From: Actinopolymorpha singaporensis
GTDB lineage: Bacteria > Actinomycetota > Actinomycetes > Propionibacteriales > Actinopolymorphaceae
DNA length: 32,000 nucleotides
Reading direction: 5' to 3'
Assembly (NCBI RefSeq): GCF_900104745.1
Contig: NZ_LT629732.1
Span: 1,877,981-1,909,980 of the forward strand
Shown here: one piece after another, positions 17,969 through 24,099 of the stretch
How the letters are laid out: the number at the start of each line of letters is the position of its first letter
Position numbering within the stretch: the first letter of the stretch is position 1
The notes under the pieces: generated by a model
What the model saw: only the letters and a program-made list of their open reading frames with translations
The model's database searches: none
Told to the model about the DNA's origin: nothing
Made by a program: the position numbers and the translations under genes

Positions 17969-18022
17969 AGCCCGCCTTGACGGTGGGCGTGGACGACGAA
18001 CGGCATGGTTGGCGGCGCCTGC

Positions 18023-19576
18023 TCAGCGGCGCCTGCTGGTCAGGTCCTGCAGGGCCGCGCGCAGATCGGCCAGAGCGGACACCCGGGTTGGTACGAGCAC
18101 CACGGCGTACGTCAGCAGGCAACAGGCACCGGTCACCGCGAGGGAGACCAGCGCCTCCCGGCCACCCTCGACCGGCAGCCGGCGCGAGACCGCGACGCCC
18201 GCCACCGCCGACACCGCCGCGGCCACCGCGACCGCGAGGACGGTGCGGGCCATCGGCGCCAGCGCCAGGGCGCGGTGCCGCCGGGCGGTCAGCACGCTGA
18301 GCCAGGTCGCGGCCAGCAGCACCGACGCCGACGTGGACGCCGCCAGCCCGGTGACGCCGTACCGCACACCGAGGGTCAGGTCGCCCACGACGTTCACGCC
18401 CATCGCGCCCAGCGCGGTGAGCACCGGAGCGCGGCTGTCGCCGACCGCAAGGCTGGCCCGGGCCACCACCTCGCGCACCGCGAGCCCGAGCAGCGCGAGC
18501 GCGTACGTCGACACCGCCAGCGTGGTCAGGTGGACGGCCCGCTCGTCGAAGCTGCCCCGTCCGAACAGCAGCACCACGATCGGTTCGGCCGCCACCGCGA
18601 GCACCACTACCACGGGGGCGATCACCACCAGCACCACGCCGAGGACCCGCCCGGTGGCACGGCGAAGCTCTCCCCGGCGCTCCGGTCGGCCGAGTGCGCT
18701 GAACGCGGGGAACAACGCGGTGGCGAACGCCGTCACCAGGACGACCTCGGCCAGCGTGACCACCCGCCAGCCGTAGCTGAGCGAGGAGATCGTGCCGGCG
18801 CCCTGGGCCGAGCCGACCGCGCGGTCGACCGTCGTGTTGACGTTCACGATGGCGCTGCCCACCAGCAGCGGCGGCACCATCCGCATCATCTCCCGGAAAC
18901 CGGGGTCACGGACGTGCAGCGAGGGCCGCAGCCGCAGGCCGATGCCGCGCACCGCCGGAAGCTGGGCGGCGAGGCGGGCGGCCGACCCGACGACGAAGCC
19001 CCCGGCCAACGCGGCCGCGCCGTACCTCGCGCCGAAGGCGACCATCCCGGCGATCATCACCAGGTTGAAGGGCACGCCCTGCACACCGGCCCAGAAGAAC
19101 CGGCCGTGTGCCTGGGCGGCACCGGCCAGGAGGTTGGTTCCGGAGACGAACACCGTCGCGACCAGGACGATGCGGGTCGTGGTGACGGCCAGGTGCTCGG
19201 TGTGCGGGTCGAAGCCGGGCGCCAGTAAGTCGACCACCGCGTCGGCGAGGACGAACATCACCGCGGACGCCACCAGCAGAACGGCCATCGTCACTGTCAA
19301 GGCGACCTGGACAGTGCGTTGCCCTTCCTTCGGGCGCTTCTCCTCGACCGCCCGCGCCACCGGAGGCACCAGCGACCTGGCCATGGCCCCGGAGACCAGC
19401 CCGAGCACGACGTTCATCACGCCCTGGGAGACGAGGAACGCGTCCACGGCGGCGGTCGCGCCGTACACCCCGGCCATCACCGCGTCCCGGGCGAAGCCGA
19501 GCACCTGACTGACGGCGGTGAGCCCGACGAGCAGCGCGGAGGAGCGGACGACCGCGGCCCGCCTGCCCCCACTCAG
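18023..19576 (-). CDS. murJ: MurJ/MviN-family (MOP superfamily) lipid flippase; 5' end uncertain
   Basis: ...[29 protein letters not shown]... aligns by eye with E. coli MurJ [30 protein letters not shown]. PGF motif and many hydrophobic segments. The first ATG/GTG is GTG 19504, but the conserved TM1-like sequence continues upstream to CTG 19576. Confidence 0.8.
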   Translation of the reverse strand: [517 protein letters not shown]

Positions 19577-21132
19577 CGGATCACTCGCACGTGTCCGGCG
19601 GCCGGCGTCCGCGCCGCGTCGGTGGTGGCCCCCTCGACCACCTCGGCACGCCTGTCGGCGTCACCGTTGAGCGCGGGCTCGTGTGCGCCGGCGCGCTCGC
19701 CGGCGTGCTCTGCGCCGCTGCCGACCAGCGGGATCAGCACGGTGAACGTCGCGCCGACACCGCGCGTGGAGTGCAGCACGACCCGGCCGCCGTGCGCCTT
19801 CGCGATCGCGGCCACGATCGCGAGGCCCAGTCCCGAGCCGGACCCCGGCTCCTCCTCGGCGGCGCGTTCGAACCGGCCGAAGATGCGTTCCCGGTCGGCC
19901 TCGCTCACTCCCGGGCCGGTGTCGCGAACCCACAGCCTGGCCATCCGGATGCTCTCGTCGACACCGGAGCCGAGGGCGATGGTGCCGCCCTCGGCGGTGT
20001 GGCGTACGGCGTTGTCGGCGAGCTGCAGCAGGGCCTGGGTCAGCCGCTGGGCGTCGGCGACCACGGTGGTGTCGGCGCTGGCTTCCACCACCCAGTCGCG
20101 GTGCCCGAGGGTCCGGGCCTTCTCCGCGATCTCCTTCACCAGTACACCGACGTTCACCGGAGCGGGTCGCAGGAAGTCCGGCCGGTCGGCGGTGGCCAGG
20201 GTCGCCAGGTCCTCGACGAGCCGGGCCATCCGGTCGAGTTCGTCGAGCACCAGTTCGCGGGTCGCGGCGACCTCTGCCCGGTCGTTCGGGTCCAGGAGCT
20301 CGAGGTGCCCGCGCATGATGGTGATCGGCGTACGCAGTTCGTGCCCCGCGTCGTCGAGGACCTGCCGGTGCAGCGTGAGCGGTGCGAAGGCGAGCGGCTG
20401 CCCGGTGGTGGCGCGTGCAGGCAGGCGCAGTCGGGTGAGGATCCGGCCGGTGGCCGCGAAGCCGGCCAGGGCGAGCAGCACCAGCCCGGCCAGGGCCACG
20501 AGGGCGTACGTACGGAACTCCGCGTAGAGGCCGGCATCGACCCGGGTGGTGTCGCGGGCCACCACGAGCACGGCACGAGGGTCGGCTGCGCCCGGCACCG
20601 ATGTGCCGAGCACGCGCAGGTCGTCGGCGACGGCCACCTCCCCCGGCTCCGCGCCGTCGGCAGTTGCCCGCGCTGTCACCTGCGCCGTTGTCCGCGCGAC
20701 GGCCAGAACACCGCTGAACGTGTCCGGTGCCGCGAGGTCGCTGCCGGCCGACCGGGCGAGCAGCCGACCGTCGACGAACCCGAAGTACGCCTCGTCCGGT
20801 CGAGGTGGGTGGGCGGCGAACGCGGCCGAGAAGTCCCGGCGCGTCGGTGTGACTGCCTGCCCGTTGCCGGGGTCGATGCGAACCGTCCGCGAGTTCACGA
20901 GTTGACGGACATCGCGACTCAGGTCGGCATCGACTTCGGCGGTCGTCCGGGCGTGTCCGATCGCCATCACGGCACCGCCGGCAGCAGCCATCACCACGGC
21001 GCACAACGCCACCAGCCAACCGAGAACGCGGATCCGTGCTGCCCGCGGTACGCGCACCAGTTGGTGCGGTGAATACCCGCCCGTGCTCACAGTCACCGAT
21101 TGCCCCAGTTGTCCTCGATTGGCTCCGCTCAT
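19573..21132 (-). CDS. Two-component sensor histidine kinase
   Basis: H-box HELRTPITIMRGHLELL, N-box LLQLADNAVRHT, DTGPGV, GSGLGLAIV. Two TM helices flank a ~160-aa extracytoplasmic region. Start ATG 21132 has a weak RBS, so the start is uncertain. Confidence 0.85.
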   Translation of the reverse strand: MSGANRGQLGQSVTVSTGGYSPHQLVRVPRAARIRVLGWLVALCAVVMAAAGGAVMAIGHARTTAEVDADLSRDVRQLVNSRTVRIDPGNGQAVTPTRRDFSAAFAAHPPRPDEAYFGFVDGRLLARSAGSDLAAPDTFSGVLAVARTTAQVTARATADGAEPGEVAVADDLRVLGTSVPGAADPRAVLVVARDTTRVDAGLYAEFRTYALVALAGLVLLALAGFAATGRILTRLRLPARATTGQPLAFAPLTLHRQVLDDAGHELRTPITIMRGHLELLDPNDRAEVAATRELVLDELDRMARLVEDLATLATADRPDFLRPAPVNVGVLVKEIAEKARTLGHRDWVVEASADTTVVADAQRLTQALLQLADNAVRHTAEGGTIALGSGVDESIRMARLWVRDTGPGVSEADRERIFGRFERAAEEEPGSGSGLGLAIVAAIAKAHGGRVVLHSTRGVGATFTVLIPLVGSGAEHAGERAGAHEPALNGDADRRAEVVEGATTDAARTPAAGHVRVIR

Positions 21133-21216
21133 TATCCGAAGTTACGACTCATTTGGCGGGGGAATCGCAGTTATGGCCGGCACTTGTGCCAGACGTTTCG
21201 AGGAAGGAGTCCGGTG

Positions 21217-21903
21217 ATGACCCACATCCTCATCGCCGAGGACGAGCAGGGCATCTCGGCGCTGATCGAGAAGGGCCTGCGGGGCAACGGGCTGGACACC
21301 ACCACCGTCACCGACGGGGACTCCGCGCTGCGTCACGCCGCGACCGGCGAATACGACCTGATGGTGCTCGACCTCGGTCTGCCGGGCAAGGACGGCTTCA
21401 CGGTTCTCAGGCGACTGAGGGAGGCACGCAACGCCATCCCCGTGGTGATTCTGACCGCGCGCACGTCGGTCGCCGACACCGTCGCCGGCCTGCAGGGCGG
21501 GGCCGACGACTACATGAGCAAGCCGTTCCGGTTCGAGGAACTGCTGGCCCGGATTCGCCTTCGCCTGAACGCGGTTCCGCGCCCGCCGGTCACGGTGGTA
21601 CGCCACGGCGAGTTCTCGCTGGACCTGCGCACCAGGCGTGCCGTGGTCGGTGACCGGGCGGTCGACCTGACCACCCGCGAATTCCTGCTCGCGGAAATGT
21701 TCCTCCGGCATCCCGGCCAGGTGCTGTCCCGGAAACAGCTGCTGTCCCACGTCTGGGGATACGACTTCGACCCCGGATCCAACGTGGTCGACGTCTACGT
21801 GCGGTACCTCCGCCGCAAACTCGGCTCGGACCGCATCCAGACGGTACGCGGTCAGGGATACCGGCTCGTCGGCGAGAACGTCGTGGTCGGGTCCCACGGC
21901 TGA
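21217..21903 (+). CDS. OmpR/PhoB-family response regulator
   Basis: ILIAEDE, DLMVLDLGLPGKDG, VVILTAR, KPF. C-terminal winged helix LTTREFLLAEMFLRHPGQVLSRKQLL...VDVYVRYLRRKL...TVRGQGYRL. ATG 21217 has AGGAAGGAG (21201-21209) upstream. Confidence 0.9.
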   Translation: MTHILIAEDEQGISALIEKGLRGNGLDTTTVTDGDSALRHAATGEYDLMVLDLGLPGKDGFTVLRRLREARNAIPVVILTARTSVADTVAGLQGGADDYMSKPFRFEELLARIRLRLNAVPRPPVTVVRHGEFSLDLRTRRAVVGDRAVDLTTREFLLAEMFLRHPGQVLSRKQLLSHVWGYDFDPGSNVVDVYVRYLRRKLGSDRIQTVRGQGYRLVGENVVVGSHG

Positions 21904-21976
21904 CGGCGCTCGCCGGAACTCGCCGGGAAACGTGATGACCCACACGGGAAATCATCCATTGTGCCCGGCACAACGA

Positions 21977-21993
21977 AATCTGCTGTGCAGATT
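21977..21993. promoter_or_regulatory. Inverted repeat AATCTGC-TGT-GCAGATT upstream of the CofE-like gene
   Basis: Perfect 7-bp arms with a 3-nt spacer, in a lower-GC 198-bp gap between the response regulator and the next gene. Confidence 0.25.
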
Positions 21994-22101
21994 CCCGAAC
22001 GAGCGGACAAATTAGAGGGATCTCATCTCCTTACCGGCGCGTTGCCTGGCGTTCAGGATGGCTTTGCCTGGCGACAGAACGCGCTGGACGGGGGGAGAGG
22101 C

Positions 22102-22782
22102 ATGTCGGTTACTACGCCGCGGACCTGGACGAAGATCACCGTCGACGGACGGTCCTTCCAGCGGCTTCCGGTAAGAACCCACTGGCTGACGGAGAAGGAC
22201 GACCTGGCCGAGGTGCTGTCGGAGTACCTCACCGAGCTGGAACCCGGTGACACCGTGGCGATCAGCGAGAAGGTCGTCGTGCTGCTCGAGGGCGGCGCGG
22301 TGCCGACCGGCGACGTCCGGGTGGGACGCGAGGCGCGCCTGCTCGCGTCGTTCGTCCGGCCCCGCCCCGGCTCCCGTGGGTTGTCGGTGCCGGAGAAGAT
22401 GGCGTACGTCCTGCGGACGACCGGACGGGTCCGCATCTACGCCGCGGCGGCGGGTGGCGCGGTCGGACGGTTCTTCGGAGTCGAGGGCACGTTCTACCGC
22501 ATCGCCGGGTCGCTGGCCCGCGACATCGACGGCGCACGCCCGCCGTACGAGCACCTGCTCTTCCCGCCGTTGGAACCCGTGCGCGCGGCTCACGTGTGCG
22601 CCCGCCTCGATCAGCGGCTGGGTGTGGGGGTCGCCATCGTGGACATCAACGACTTCGGCGGTTCGGTGCGTGGGGTGTCACCCCGGTCGCTGCCCGCCTC
22701 GACGCTGGCCGCAGTGCTGGCCGACAACCCGATGGGGCAGCGGTTGACGGGTACGCCGTTCGCGGTGATCCGGCCGAGCTGA
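22102..22782 (+). CDS. CofE-like (F420-0:gamma-glutamyl ligase family) stand-alone protein
   Basis: ATG 22102 follows GGGGGAGAGG. The pattern PGDTVAISEKVVVLLEG ... DIDGARPPYEHLLFPPLEP ... GVGVAIVDINDFG ... TGTPFAVIRP resembles archaeal CofE / the FbiB N-domain (GD.V...SK...EG; IDASN..LLLPPLDP; VGVIITDTNG). Recognised by eye only. Confidence 0.55.
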   Translation: MSVTTPRTWTKITVDGRSFQRLPVRTHWLTEKDDLAEVLSEYLTELEPGDTVAISEKVVVLLEGGAVPTGDVRVGREARLLASFVRPRPGSRGLSVPEKMAYVLRTTGRVRIYAAAAGGAVGRFFGVEGTFYRIAGSLARDIDGARPPYEHLLFPPLEPVRAAHVCARLDQRLGVGVAIVDINDFGGSVRGVSPRSLPASTLAAVLADNPMGQRLTGTPFAVIRPS

Positions 22783-22796
22783 CGTCCCGGCCGAGC

Positions 22797-23747
22797 TCAC
22801 GGCGTCAGGGGCGGGTCGGGGCGCGGCTGCCCGCCCGGCCGACGGGGACTCATCCTCGCCAGGTCGGCGGGTCCGGGGCGAGCCGGCTGTGTGCGCGACG
22901 GCTGCGTGCGCGTCGGCTGCGTCGGGTGGGGCCGGCCGGCAGGTGACCTTCCGGCCGCCCGTGCGGACTCGGCCGGCGCCGGACCCTTGCCGCTCGTACG
23001 CGGGTCCGGGTGGCCGAGGAGGCTGCCGTCCGCGGTGCCGTCGAGGACCTGGCCGGCCAGCGTGGCAAGCCGCATCTGGTGCCGGCGCGCATGGCCGCGC
23101 AAGAGGACGAAAGCCTGGTCGATGCCGAGGCTGCGGCGTTCGGCGAGCACCCCCTTGGCCTGCTCGATGACCAGCCGGCTGTCGAGCGCCTGCTGGAGTT
23201 GCTGGGTGAGGACGTCGGCGCGCTGTTGCCGGCGTGCGCGGAGAAGGCTGATCGCGGCGACGTGGGCCAGCGCCGCGGCGAGCTCGGCGTCGGGTTCGTC
23301 GTACGGACCGGTCCGGGTGCGACAGAGCTCGACCGCACCGAGCACCTCGTCGCGGTCGCGGAGGGGCCACGCGTGCGCGGAGGCGTATCCCTCGGCGCGG
23401 GCGGCGGTGGCGAAGGCCTCCCAGCGTTCCGGCGGTGAGTCCAGATCGGGGCAGGCCACGGGGCGGCCGAGCGCATGGGCCTCCGGCCCGGGCCCGCTGC
23501 CGACGCGCAGGCCGGTGACCTCCGCGAGCCGGACCGCCGGTGAGGAGGTGGCGGCGAGACTGAGCCGGCCGTGCTCGTCGGCGAGCATCACGGTGGCGCC
23601 GGCCGCGTCCACCAGGTCGACACATCGTTGCGCGAACAGCCGAAGGAAGGCGGCGGTGTCGTCCTGGCTCGCGGCCGTACCGGCCAACTCGACGAACGCC
23701 TCGGTGATGCGTCGCTCCCGGGACACGCGGACCTCCCACCCTTGCAT
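22797..23747 (-). CDS. GAF + ANTAR domain RNA-binding regulator with Pro/Arg/Thr-rich C-terminal tail
   Basis: GAF-like N-half (ITEAFVELAG...GATVMLADEHGRLSLAA...EVLGAVELC). ANTAR signature LQQALDSRLVIEQAKGVLAERRSLGIDQAFVLLRGHARRHQMRL. ATG 23747. Confidence 0.85.
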   Translation of the reverse strand: MQGWEVRVSRERRITEAFVELAGTAASQDDTAAFLRLFAQRCVDLVDAAGATVMLADEHGRLSLAATSSPAVRLAEVTGLRVGSGPGPEAHALGRPVACPDLDSPPERWEAFATAARAEGYASAHAWPLRDRDEVLGAVELCRTRTGPYDEPDAELAAALAHVAAISLLRARRQQRADVLTQQLQQALDSRLVIEQAKGVLAERRSLGIDQAFVLLRGHARRHQMRLATLAGQVLDGTADGSLLGHPDPRTSGKGPAPAESARAAGRSPAGRPHPTQPTRTQPSRTQPARPGPADLARMSPRRPGGQPRPDPPLTP

Positions 23748-23894
23748 GCTTCCGGCCAGTGTTCTCGGCCTTTGCGGGGATTGCCTCTCGGGTTGCCGAC
23801 CTTGGACCCCCGGTCTCCGGGGATTACCCGAGGCCCTGAATTCGAAACTTGAACACAGGTCCAGATCTGGCAACCACTGTCCGTGCGCAGGCTG

Positions 23895-23923
23895 TTGACT
23901 CCCCCTGTCGGCAGGAATTTACT
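23895..23923 (+). promoter_or_regulatory. Weak candidate promoter for the ABC operon (TTGACT-N17-TTTACT)
   Basis: TTGACT at 23895-23900 and TTTACT at 23918-23923, 17-nt spacer. The -10 element is a poor match to TAnnnT. Confidence 0.2.
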
Positions 23924-24080
23924 TGTGCGGCGTCACGCAGTGCAGAGTCGCCCCTCGGTCACGTTCCGTTTTCTTCCACGCCCCTCGCGGGCGTACATCG
24001 GTGTGCCCGGAGTCGCCCCGAGTGTGGGCGAGGTGTGTCCGGCCCAAGGCGCCGAAGCACTGTGCCCAACGTTCGGCGTA

Positions 24081-24096
24081 TGCACATGGAGGTGCA
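24081..24096 (+). promoter_or_regulatory. RBS-bearing hairpin with ANTAR-like hexaloop (A1, G4)
   Basis: TGCAC (24081-24085) pairs with GTGCA (24092-24096), loop AUGGAG (24086-24091). The SD GGAGG (24088-24092) lies 7 nt before ATG 24100. A 7-bp hairpin (24050-24078) sits 2 nt upstream. Confidence 0.35.
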
Positions 24097-24099
24097 CCG

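Noticed and set aside
21100-21216. Upstream extension of the response-regulator ORF to 21100, overlapping the kinase start
   Set aside because: The extension has no receiver-domain sequence. ATG 21217 has a strong AGGAAGGAG RBS and gives the canonical MTHILIAEDE N-terminus.
23923-24099. Upstream extension of the SBP ORF to GTG 23923
   Set aside because: The extension is Arg/Cys/Pro-rich and precedes the signal peptide by about 80 aa. It also overlaps the structured leader. ATG 24100 has GGAGG at the correct spacing, and codon third positions become G/C-rich only from there.
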